Positions 10,942 to 19,961 of a stretch of 64,000 nt of DNA are shown here, one piece after another; the first letter of the stretch is position 1, and each line of letters starts with the position of its first letter. A model generated the notes under the pieces. The model worked only from the letters and a program-made list of their open reading frames with translations. It did not search any database and was not told where the DNA came from. This DNA is from Sedimentisphaerales bacterium (GTDB lineage: Bacteria; Planctomycetota; Phycisphaerae; Sedimentisphaerales; SM23-30). A program made the position numbers and the translations under genes. The stretch lies in assembly GCA_963666285.1 (NCBI GenBank), contig OY762711.1; one strand, written 5' to 3'.

Positions 10942-13272
10942 TTATTGGCCATACCAGAATGAAAATTCTGCCCAATCCAGAAGATTTACAACATTGTCAT
11001 CATCTTTAACTATATCCGCTGAAACATCAGGGCCAATATATATATCACCATTTGTATCTGCTCCCGCAGCCAGATATGAAATCTCGCTTTCAGTTATCTG
11101 ACGATCATAGATCCGCAATTCATCAATTGCTCCATCTAAATAACGACTAGTGGAATATTTACCTATTGCTAATGGCCCAAACCAACACGAAGTCATCTGG
11201 CTAAGGGAAACTTTACTATCAAGCTTACCATCTATGTAAAATTTAACTTCATTTGGACTTGTACTATATACTACTGCAACATGATACCATCTATTTGTCA
11301 CAAACATATCAGTAGTATATGCAGTTTCTCGATCACTTGAATTATATATTTCAACTCTTATTGTATTATCATAACGTACACATATCTGAACACTGCCGGG
11401 ATACTTGTTTTCATCGCCAATAATATTCATCATATAGGAAGCTACAGGTGTCATTTCAGGAAACCTGTCCATTTTGCACCAGAATGCAACTGTCCATTCA
11501 TCCAAAACCTGTTCATATTCACTACCTCCGGAATAGTTTACCGACGATATTATTGCCTCATCTATACCATCAAAATTACATGCATTACCAATAACACCAT
11601 CAGTCAATTTACCACTGCTTTGCGTATCATCAAAGGACCATCTGGCAATAAGACCATCATTGATAGTTGAACAAGACAGTGTCTGCCCTTTTGCAAGCCA
11701 ATTCTGGCAAAAATCAGACATATCATTAATATCTACACTGTTATCAGAATTTAAATCAGCTTTATTGTAGCGTGGAAAATAAAGATGAGCCGCAACAGGA
11801 TAATGATCCGATGGATACAATTCCGGACTCCCTAAAGTGCCGCGTTCAATGGAAACACCTGAACAAATGAAGCTACCATAACCAAAAATATAGTCGATCC
11901 TATTGCCTTCATATAATCCAGTATAACTACTGGTGGTTCGTTCTACAGTTTGTTCAATCGGATAAATCTCACGAAAGAAATCACGAAGACAAATTTCATT
12001 CTGATATTGCTGTGCAGTAAAAACCTTGTAAGGTGTATCATCTGCCGTAGAGTTCATATCCCCCATTACAATAATAGGATATTGCCCAGGATCAATCAAC
12101 GTACTGATTTTATCCATAATAACCTGTGAAGCGTAGCCACGTGCTTCGTCACTTACATGCGAAAAATGTGTATTTAGAACAAAATAATCAAGATTTGTCC
12201 TGACATCGTAAAGTATAATCCATGATGCCACGCGATTAAATTTTGCCCCGGAATATATAGAAACTTCATCCGGTGTCTCACTCAACCAGAACGTGCCGGA
12301 ATCCTTGCAGTTAAATCGCTCTTTCTTAAAGAAAATTGTATTATATGCATCAGAATGATAATCTACAACATACCCCTGATCAGATATGCCGGACCAGGAA
12401 TATCTGTCATCCAGACTGTGTATCAAATCAACAAGATTAGTCTTTAACTCTCCATCAATCAAATACCTGTTATTGTTGTTTACTTCTTGAAAACCAATAA
12501 TATCCGGGCCATCATCACCAAAAGACTGACTGGCAGAATTAATCATCTCAATCATTCTTTCTCGGCGAGGAGTGCTACCGGCAGGAACACTGACATAATT
12601 ATTATACGAGCTGGTCTCATTGTTACCACCACCTCTTATATTAAATGTCATAACGCCAAGATGCTGCCAAGCAGAATATTTTTGAAACTTTAATTTAACG
12701 GCAGGCATATTAGTTGAAGTTTTAGCCGTTGGTCCACAGGCATGATCTGTATTCCATATCTGGGGATCTAAATCAGATAAATCATTAACACCAGCATATA
12801 AAGTCCTAACCAAACCCAAATCTTCAACATAACAATAAAAACTGGAGCCATTGTATTTACTGCGATTAAAACTTACATCAATAATAAGATTTTTTTGACC
12901 ACTATAATAATAGGGACATTCAAAATCAACTCCTATCCACCCACTTCCCATCGGCCAGTTTCCATCATAAACAACAGTCCAACCATCGGAATCAAAAACG
13001 GCATCGCTGTAACAATCCAAATTAGTCTCTTTAATCCTAATCTTAAAATCGGTTATATCTTTAGTACTATTACATAAATTATAAGAAATGCCACTTATAT
13101 AACCACTGGTATTTATTTCATCTGAATGATATATAGTTTGTGTTCGACAATCAAAATATGAATTATGAAAAGGATAATTCCAGGATTGCGAACTTTCACC
13201 AACAGTTACCTCTTGCGATAAACAAGGAAAAGCAATAAAGATCGAAACTATGCAAAAGAATAAATACTTCAT
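10942..13272 (-). CDS. Secreted EEP (endonuclease/exonuclease/phosphatase) family protein with LamG and split dockerin-like repeats
   Basis: VMTFNIR, PDIIGFQEV, GTFWLSETPD, LNTHF, MGDMNS, IDYIF and SDHYPV; C-terminal LamG. ATG 13272 chosen for the GAGG RBS. Confidence 0.85.
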   Translation of the reverse strand: MKYLFFCIVSIFIAFPCLSQEVTVGESSQSWNYPFHNSYFDCRTQTIYHSDEINTSGYISGISYNLCNSTKDITDFKIRIKETNLDCYSDAVFDSDGWTVVYDGNWPMGSGWIGVDFECPYYYSGQKNLIIDVSFNRSKYNGSSFYCYVEDLGLVRTLYAGVNDLSDLDPQIWNTDHACGPTAKTSTNMPAVKLKFQKYSAWQHLGVMTFNIRGGGNNETSSYNNYVSVPAGSTPRRERMIEMINSASQSFGDDGPDIIGFQEVNNNNRYLIDGELKTNLVDLIHSLDDRYSWSGISDQGYVVDYHSDAYNTIFFKKERFNCKDSGTFWLSETPDEVSIYSGAKFNRVASWIILYDVRTNLDYFVLNTHFSHVSDEARGYASQVIMDKISTLIDPGQYPIIVMGDMNSTADDTPYKVFTAQQYQNEICLRDFFREIYPIEQTVERTTSSYTGLYEGNRIDYIFGYGSFICSGVSIERGTLGSPELYPSDHYPVAAHLYFPRYNKADLNSDNSVDINDMSDFCQNWLAKGQTLSCSTINDGLIARWSFDDTQSSGKLTDGVIGNACNFDGIDEAIISSVNYSGGSEYEQVLDEWTVAFWCKMDRFPEMTPVASYMMNIIGDENKYPGSVQICVRYDNTIRVEIYNSSDRETAYTTDMFVTNRWYHVAVVYSTSPNEVKFYIDGKLDSKVSLSQMTSCWFGPLAIGKYSTSRYLDGAIDELRIYDRQITESEISYLAAGADTNGDIYIGPDVSADIVKDDDNVVNLLDWAEFSFWYGQ

Positions 13273-13322
13273 ATACAATACACCTCACCAAAAACTTGCT
13301 ATTTTTTCTTCCACACTAAAAA

Positions 13323-13356
13323 ATAGCTGCCGAAGCCCGTAAACTCCGGCAGCTAT
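13323..13356 (-). terminator. Intrinsic terminator inside the locus
   Basis: ATAGCTGCCG..CGGCAGCTAT inverted repeat, followed by a T-run on the minus strand. Confidence 0.7.
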
Positions 13357-13371
13357 ACTAATAAACATCGA

Positions 13372-16023
13372 TTAGTAACACTCTGGATACAACCCGCAAT
13401 CCAGCCAATCAGCAGCTAATACGGCAAAGTCGGCCATATCAATGCGACAATATGAACTACCGGTATTAACTACATTAAAGTTTGAATTTGGAGCATCAAC
13501 ACAAACTGAAACTTGAGTTTCATTATAATAAAGCTTTGCAATATCCAAATCTGACAATGCGTAATTATAGATCCTCAAATCATCCACACCGCCTGAGAAA
13601 TTCCAATCGATTTCACCTCGCTTATTATCTGCCAGAACAGTCATGGGATGTTCCCATTCACCAAAGTTAACAACACTGCTAACATCACCAGTAGCAACCT
13701 TTTCGCCATCCGCATAAAAAGTAAGTGTTTCCCCGTCACTGGTTGCAACAATTAAATGCCATACATTATCTACAAGAGATAATGCACCACTATACATATT
13801 TAGAGAAACATTATTTTCATCTCTTATAAAACATTTGATTTTGGATGTATCAGACACACCAAATTCAATAGCACTGCGAGAATTATTATCTTCATCCGGC
13901 AACCCATTGAGTACACCAAATAATATACTGGTATCCATTTTTTCTGAAAAATTGATCCAGCAAGTATAAGTAAACTCATCCAAACCGTTACCAAAACCGG
14001 CCTTTGGATAAGAATCAGTAGTCAATTCAATATAATTTGCCCCATTAGGATCAGCTGCATAATACTGGCCATCTGTTGTGACAATACCACTGCCATATTC
14101 TAACGAACCATTTATCATAGTACCAGTATAACCGCTGACAGAATCCTCAATGCTCTGCTCAAACTTATATTCAGCAAGCAATTTTTTTATCGCAATATTA
14201 ATTTCACTTGAAGGTTCTGAATTGCCTCCATTATTTGTAGCAACACAGTAATAAGCACCTTCATATGCTTCAGACATAGAAATAATATCCAGAATGCTTT
14301 CAGTATTCGAATAACTTATTGATATATTACTGTCATTGCCTGGGTTCAACTCCTGTCCGTTACAATACCAGGTGACCTCATATACAGAAGTTGCTCCACT
14401 TTCATATGAAGCGGTCAATTGGGCCGAACTCCCCACATCAAATTTACCTTCACCACGTACTTCAGTCATAATCGGAATTGCATTGGGAGTAGAAAACGAC
14501 CAGGCCGGACCGGTAATTGTCTGCGAACTGCCAGTCACTTCATCTACACGCCAGACATAAGTTTTATCCATTTCCAATGAAATAGAATCCAAAGATGCAA
14601 TCTCTGAAACCGGATCGCCGGCACTAACAGTTCCTACCAAAACCATATTTGGCTCACTTTCACCCAAGTATACTAAATGACTGACAATATCAGTATTGAC
14701 CTGACCGGCAGTAGCAGCGTTCATACTCAAACCTGCATCCCAGCTCAGAGATACAGAAACCATGCTGTTCCCTAATGTTTCGCCAATATCTTCCTGAGTA
14801 TCATATGGATTAGGATTATGCGCAAATGGTAAATAGTAAATATATGTCAGATCTTCTACTGCATCATATTCATATACTGTTGCCTCTGGAGCATTAAACC
14901 AGGTCGCTTCTGCAAGCCCGGTCCAGTCACCTGCAAGTACAATTTCACCACCAGCCAGAACAAATTCCGCATCTACGTCCTCTGAATAGAGGATAATACC
15001 ACTCGCATTCAAAGTACCGGCTTCCATTCTGTAATAGCTACCCTCAGCTTCAGACGAATAACCCAAAGTTACATAACTGTCAACATTAACATTACCACCT
15101 GACTGAATAACCCTGCCGCGATATCCCTGGCCTACCACCAGCCCGCTGCCATCCATAATATTAACATTTCCACCATTGATTTCAGCATAGCCCATCTGAC
15201 CTTCACCACCAATAGCAGTTGCTCCGCTATCAAGGTTTGTAATATTAAGCGTACCACCGTTAACAATTAAGCTTGCTTCTCCTTCGAGCGCAGTACCACT
15301 ATCATCGTGGCCTACTGCAAATAGTTTAATACCTGAGAAATTTGCAGTACCTTTATCAATCTGAAATATCGATTCATTCATAATATATAAAGAACGTTCT
15401 TTATCTGGATTAACACTTGTATAATTCAACTCTCCGCCATTTACATAGAATGTTCCATCAGCTCCACCTTTACCTAAAAATTGATTGTACCAATCTGTAG
15501 TGCTGGCATTAGTAGTAACAGTAATATTTGCCTGGCCGCCAAGCAGATTATACGCACTACCATCTGTCGAAGCATTCTCCGTCACAAAGAAATTACCGTA
15601 AACATTTACATTCAATACTCCGCCTATCTGATTTATTGTGCCAACTGCGCTATTACCAACCCAGAAATATTTACCGGAGTGAGTAAAAACAGCATTATCA
15701 GCAATTGTAATGGTACATGCCCCACCATTTGCATTTCTAAAACGTTTATCACTTGGAGAACTTGGATTAGAGCCTAGAGTAAATGCGGCGTTATCAATAA
15801 AATAAGTATTTGCTCCACGATTAATACTATCAGAACGATAAACCACAGCATCATCACCAACTGTTACCTCATCTGAAGATTCGGGAACTGAATTTGTATC
15901 CCAATTTTCAGCATCATCCCATGACGTTGTTTCTGCCCCACCATCCCAGGTCGCTGCAGAGATATAAGATGTTACCATAAAACCAACACACAAAATAAAC
16001 ATAAGCTTTCGCACATTCAACAT
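13372..16023 (-). CDS. Secreted protein: Gly-rich beta-helix-like N-terminus + Fn3-like + Ig + LamG + dockerin-like C-terminus
   Basis: Signal peptide; Q.GG.(V/L)NV repeats; AHNPNP..LSW..YVWRVD..GPAWSF; YEGAYYC; WHLIVAT..GGVDDLRIYNYALS; CRIDMADFAVLAADWLDCG. ATG 16023 follows AGAAAGG. Confidence 0.85.
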   Translation of the reverse strand: MLNVRKLMFILCVGFMVTSYISAATWDGGAETTSWDDAENWDTNSVPESSDEVTVGDDAVVYRSDSINRGANTYFIDNAAFTLGSNPSSPSDKRFRNANGGACTITIADNAVFTHSGKYFWVGNSAVGTINQIGGVLNVNVYGNFFVTENASTDGSAYNLLGGQANITVTTNASTTDWYNQFLGKGGADGTFYVNGGELNYTSVNPDKERSLYIMNESIFQIDKGTANFSGIKLFAVGHDDSGTALEGEASLIVNGGTLNITNLDSGATAIGGEGQMGYAEINGGNVNIMDGSGLVVGQGYRGRVIQSGGNVNVDSYVTLGYSSEAEGSYYRMEAGTLNASGIILYSEDVDAEFVLAGGEIVLAGDWTGLAEATWFNAPEATVYEYDAVEDLTYIYYLPFAHNPNPYDTQEDIGETLGNSMVSVSLSWDAGLSMNAATAGQVNTDIVSHLVYLGESEPNMVLVGTVSAGDPVSEIASLDSISLEMDKTYVWRVDEVTGSSQTITGPAWSFSTPNAIPIMTEVRGEGKFDVGSSAQLTASYESGATSVYEVTWYCNGQELNPGNDSNISISYSNTESILDIISMSEAYEGAYYCVATNNGGNSEPSSEINIAIKKLLAEYKFEQSIEDSVSGYTGTMINGSLEYGSGIVTTDGQYYAADPNGANYIELTTDSYPKAGFGNGLDEFTYTCWINFSEKMDTSILFGVLNGLPDEDNNSRSAIEFGVSDTSKIKCFIRDENNVSLNMYSGALSLVDNVWHLIVATSDGETLTFYADGEKVATGDVSSVVNFGEWEHPMTVLADNKRGEIDWNFSGGVDDLRIYNYALSDLDIAKLYYNETQVSVCVDAPNSNFNVVNTGSSYCRIDMADFAVLAADWLDCGLYPECY

Positions 16024-16108
16024 TTTACACAACCTTTCTTTTTGAATTCTTAAAATTAATAAAGAAAAACAATCAAAGCCTTTTAATAGTCAAAATACTA
16101 ATACAACG

Positions 16109-17242
16109 TTAAATACATTTGCGGCGTTTTAGGAACCACCCACCAACCATCATAAGTGTTATAGCTGCCGGTTCAGGCACAACAGTAACTTGAAGAGTCT
16201 GCCCACCATCGACAGCATCGACCACTGCATAGGAAAAATCGACATCGCCAAGACTAACAATTTCCAAATCTGTAGTATCAATTGTAGTAGCAGACCACAA
16301 AATATCATAAACATCACCTATAACACCATCGAAATCAGCTAATGTGTCAATTGCAAAAGTCCCACCAGTTATACTTGCACCTTTATAACTGTCATCACTT
16401 GTACCAAAAACATTGATTAATGTACTGCCTTCAGAATCCAGCTCAATAGCAAGAGTTTCATCATAAATAGAAAACTGTGCTATCGAAATATTAGTTGCCT
16501 CTGAGCCGCTAACAGTAAATGCGGAATTGGAACCACTGTACATACTCAAATAATTACTTACATCAAAAGTGCCGCCAGAAATTGTTATATTACCGGTTCC
16601 TCTTGAACCACTATCATTATTAGAGCCCGCTTTGATGCGAACAGCACCAAAAGAGCCATCAGATAAAATTAAATCAGTAGTTTGACCAACTCCATTGAAT
16701 CCAACATAAAGAGTTCCTGCAGTAACATTAACAGTTCCCCCTGTCTGATTAAAAATCGCACTTCCTCCGTTGCCAATATATGCATCATCACTAATAGCCA
16801 GGGAACCGCCGCTAATGTCATATACCGCCGAACCACCATCTTCGGAAATATACATCTTATTAACAGTTACAGAACCATCTGTCTGAGTAACTGTACCTGT
16901 TGTGCCTTCATCAGAAATATAATATTTATATGCAGAATAATCAGCAGATGTTATTAATGATCCACCATTAACATATAATCTTTCTACACGACCATCAGGA
17001 ACTGAATCACTGGTGATACGTGCTGTACCGTTTTCAATATAAGCATAAGACTTATTGGATTTATATGACCACGTGCCGTCATTGTTTGGATTGCCATCAA
17101 CCCAACCAGGAATCAGATAATCATTATCACCGGACCAATGGCCATCCATCCAATAACCGTCACTGCCGTCCCATGTAGATGAACCGGCATTTACAGATGT
17201 AAAACATGCCAGCAAAACCAAACAAATTAATAACTTCTTCAT
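16109..17242 (-). CDS. PEP-CTERM sorting-domain protein
   Basis: Signal peptide; C-terminal VPEPAAITLMMVGGWFLKRRK; Gly-rich QTGGTVNV repeats. Confidence 0.88.
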   Translation of the reverse strand: MKKLLICLVLLACFTSVNAGSSTWDGSDGYWMDGHWSGDNDYLIPGWVDGNPNNDGTWSYKSNKSYAYIENGTARITSDSVPDGRVERLYVNGGSLITSADYSAYKYYISDEGTTGTVTQTDGSVTVNKMYISEDGGSAVYDISGGSLAISDDAYIGNGGSAIFNQTGGTVNVTAGTLYVGFNGVGQTTDLILSDGSFGAVRIKAGSNNDSGSRGTGNITISGGTFDVSNYLSMYSGSNSAFTVSGSEATNISIAQFSIYDETLAIELDSEGSTLINVFGTSDDSYKGASITGGTFAIDTLADFDGVIGDVYDILWSATTIDTTDLEIVSLGDVDFSYAVVDAVDGGQTLQVTVVPEPAAITLMMVGGWFLKRRKCI

Positions 17243-17319
17243 CACCTTAACTCCAATTAAACTATATTAATATTAGTAAAATACAGAACCTACTGTATAT
17301 GCATTAACATTCAATCCTG

Positions 17320-18459
17320 TCATACTCCCTCACTACTTTGACGTATGCACAATCTTGTTGGACATGCAAGATGAACAACAGAACGCAATTCTCTTCTTAA
17401 ATGCCTGTGTAATAACTCAGCACTGGAATATCCCACCTGTTCAGAATTCTGGTCGACACTTGAAAGAGGCACACTAACCCTTTCGCACATTGGTATATTC
17501 CCATATCCGGCAAGAAAAATATCTTCACCTATTTTAAGTCCAATTTCTTCTGCGGCAATATATATCCCTTTTGCTATATGATCTCCACTGGCAAATACAG
17601 AACATGGAAACTTTTTCACAGATTGCAAAAATCGCAAGGCTTCTTCTGTAATATCTTCTACGGCAAACCATTTATGGGTAAATAGCTCGGCCTCTTCCAC
17701 TCCCAGCCCATGAATATAATTGTTTGTGTCATAAAATCCATAATCACACATCGCCGATTTCCACCCTTCAAACCAACTGCGAGAAGAGCTTGGTGATTTA
17801 TACTGGCCAAAATAATAAACCGGCAAACCATGAACATCCAACAAATGAGAAACAATCTCAAATACACCCAAAAAATGATCTGCACTGACAGAGCTGGCAT
17901 TTACACCTGACAGTGTCCGGTCAACAAATACAATTTTTACACCATCATTAATAAGCATATTCAATATTTCTCTATATTCATCTAATTCGTATGGAGTAAC
18001 CAGTAACCCCTGATTATCAGCAACCGGATATTTCAATGCATCAAGATAGGAATCATGCGAACTGTTTGCATCACAAAGCGAAAAAGCGATATCATGTTCC
18101 AGGCAATACTTTTCAATACCTCTGGAAATTGCCCCCCATACAGAATTGATTCTTGGCCGAACAAAAGTTATCGCCAAGGTTTTATTATCCTCAATCCTTC
18201 GTTTTTGAGTAACAACAGCACCTTTATTTGGTATATACTTAACATAATTGTCACTTTCTAAGATATCATAAGCCATTTTCGCAGTACGATAACTTATGTT
18301 TAACATTTTGGATATTGTCGCTATTGAAGGCAAATTATAGCCATCATCAAGCTTTTCACTCTCTATCAAACCACGAATATTGCTTGAAATCTGCTGATAT
18401 AATGGCTGTTGCTTGCCTTTACTCCGATCAAGCGGCATACTTTCGATATTATCTGTCAT
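17320..18459 (-). CDS. GntR-HTH / LacI-type sugar-binding transcriptional regulator (AraR-like architecture)
   Basis: PLYQQI..LPSIATIS..TAKMAYDILE..PNKGAVV GntR HTH, then a periplasmic-binding fold (VFVDR, PLSSVDQN..VG). Start moved to MTDNIE. Confidence 0.88.
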   Translation of the reverse strand: MTDNIESMPLDRSKGKQQPLYQQISSNIRGLIESEKLDDGYNLPSIATISKMLNISYRTAKMAYDILESDNYVKYIPNKGAVVTQKRRIEDNKTLAITFVRPRINSVWGAISRGIEKYCLEHDIAFSLCDANSSHDSYLDALKYPVADNQGLLVTPYELDEYREILNMLINDGVKIVFVDRTLSGVNASSVSADHFLGVFEIVSHLLDVHGLPVYYFGQYKSPSSSRSWFEGWKSAMCDYGFYDTNNYIHGLGVEEAELFTHKWFAVEDITEEALRFLQSVKKFPCSVFASGDHIAKGIYIAAEEIGLKIGEDIFLAGYGNIPMCERVSVPLSSVDQNSEQVGYSSAELLHRHLRRELRSVVHLACPTRLCIRQSSEGV

Positions 18460-18909
18460 GCTTATCTCACTAAAACCAATATTTATACACAAAAAAGATA
18501 ATATTAAGATAACATAAATAAAACACATTGCACGTTAAAAATACGTTATTTTTATGTTAGCAATTATTAACAATTAATATAATTCCTGCCACCAAACAAA
18601 CATATCAAATTACCACACCATCTCTCTTCTCATTTATTACAACTTAAATAATTACTAAACAAATAGTTAACATATAATATCAATATACGCAACACAGAAA
18701 ATACAAACACAAGAACACACAAACAAGCAACAGTAAACACATACCCTATGTTTTCTTTTTATTTGCTTTATTTTTTCTTTTTTTTGGAAATTTGAGCGAT
18801 AAAAAATGAAGATTATAAGAAACTTGCTCTAATCCCTTGCTTTTACCTTTTATAATTCAAACAATCATTTTCACGCACATTATACCAAACTTCGCACACC
18901 GCTATCATT

Positions 18910-19010
18910 TAGGGATTATCTGAAATAGAGAAAGCCATGTAACTCATTGAATTACAAGGCTTTATTAGGTACGGCATTTAGGAATCAAACCTAATACCAA
19001 CGGATTAAAA
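18910..19010 (-). repeat. Decayed tRNA-Lys(TTT) 3' half plus downstream hairpin (att-like direct repeat, copy 2)
   Basis: Minus strand ACTTTTAATCCGTTGGTATTAGGTTTGATTCCTAAATGCCGTACC; hairpin AAAGCC.TGTAA..TTACA.GGCTTT; the tRNA 5' half is absent. Confidence 0.75.
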
Positions 19011-19670
19011 GTTTGATTCAAGGTTTTATAAGTATTTGCAAAAAAATGATTAATGACTACAAAACAACAACTTATGACGCCAAGCGAAGACCAATAGTAA
19101 CCAAAGAAACAATGTTGGCACATTATTTAGCACGCAGGCTGACATGAACGACTGGCAAAACTAATCACTTTTCCCTACCTTCTGCAATCCTGAGAGCCTC
19201 TTCAGCAGGCACACGGCATGTCTTGCCATCTCGACAAATATCAGTGTTACTTTCTTACTGTAATATTGCCTTCTAACCCATTTCAATTCTTCTGGTTTAA
19301 TTAAATTCATAACTTCAGATGGAAATATGATCAAGGTACAAATAATCATAATACTCAGAGCCATTCTCAACATCAGGTCGCTTCTGCTAAACACTCAATA
19401 TACGTGTCCGTTCGGTAAAGTACCAGTTGTAAGTTTTGATTGAGCTGATAAAATCTGTTCTGGTTGATTGAATATACCAACACCCCAATCAGTACAGGAT
19501 TATTTATGTCACAATCAGGCAAAAAACGCATATGAATCGTAGCGCGTAATTTGAGTAAAGCGAAATAAGAAATGATAAAATAGGAATATTTTTAGTTGCG
19601 AATAGGACGCAATTATTGAGCTAAAAACGATATTTTTATAGAAATACAGAATCGTTTATTTAAAACAAAA

Positions 19671-19703
19671 AATTCCTTATAAACAATTAAGCAATAAGGA
19701 ATT
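19671..19703 (-). terminator. Hairpin just 3' of tRNA-Ser
   Basis: AATTCCTTAT..ATAAGGAATT, followed by a T-run on the minus strand. Confidence 0.5.
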
Positions 19704-19710
19704 ATAGTAA

Positions 19711-19793
19711 CGGAGAGAGAGGGATTCGAACCCCCGGAGGTTGCCCTCAACGGTTTTCAAGACCGCCGCATTCAGCCGCTCTGCCATCTCTCC
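19711..19793 (-). tRNA. tRNA-Ser(TGA), CCA not encoded
   Basis: GGAGAGATGGCAGAGCGGCTGAATGCGGCGGTCTTGAAAACCGTTGAGGGCAACCTCCGGGGGTTCGAATCCCTCTCTCTCCG: full cloverleaf, long variable arm, G discriminator. Confidence 0.96.
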
Positions 19794-19961
19794 AGAAAGC
19801 CCTTAGCAAAAGCGCTAAAGGCTTAAATATTCAATTGTTATAGAAAATACCAGCGAAAATTACTAATACTTTCGAGTCAAATATATTATATTAATATAAT
19901 CGGCACGTCAAGGGCAAAATTTACCATAAATTTGCAAATTTGCTCATATCGAACATTATTT

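Larger units (their letters stand above)
6119..19010. mobile_element. Ancient genomic island (glycan-utilisation locus) between degenerate tRNA-derived direct repeats; no integrase retained
   Basis: Direct repeats at both ends, visibly AT-richer than the housekeeping genes, cargo is one co-oriented catabolic locus, tRNA-Ser 700 bp away. Confidence 0.55.

Noticed and set aside
18968..19012. Functional tRNA-Lys gene
   Set aside because: No 5' acceptor strand or D-arm, and the T-loop is mutated (TTTGA); treated as an att remnant, as is 6179-6224.
19161..19394. 77-aa ORF as an integrase or small gene
   Set aside because: No recombinase motifs or clear RBS; lies in decayed DNA.
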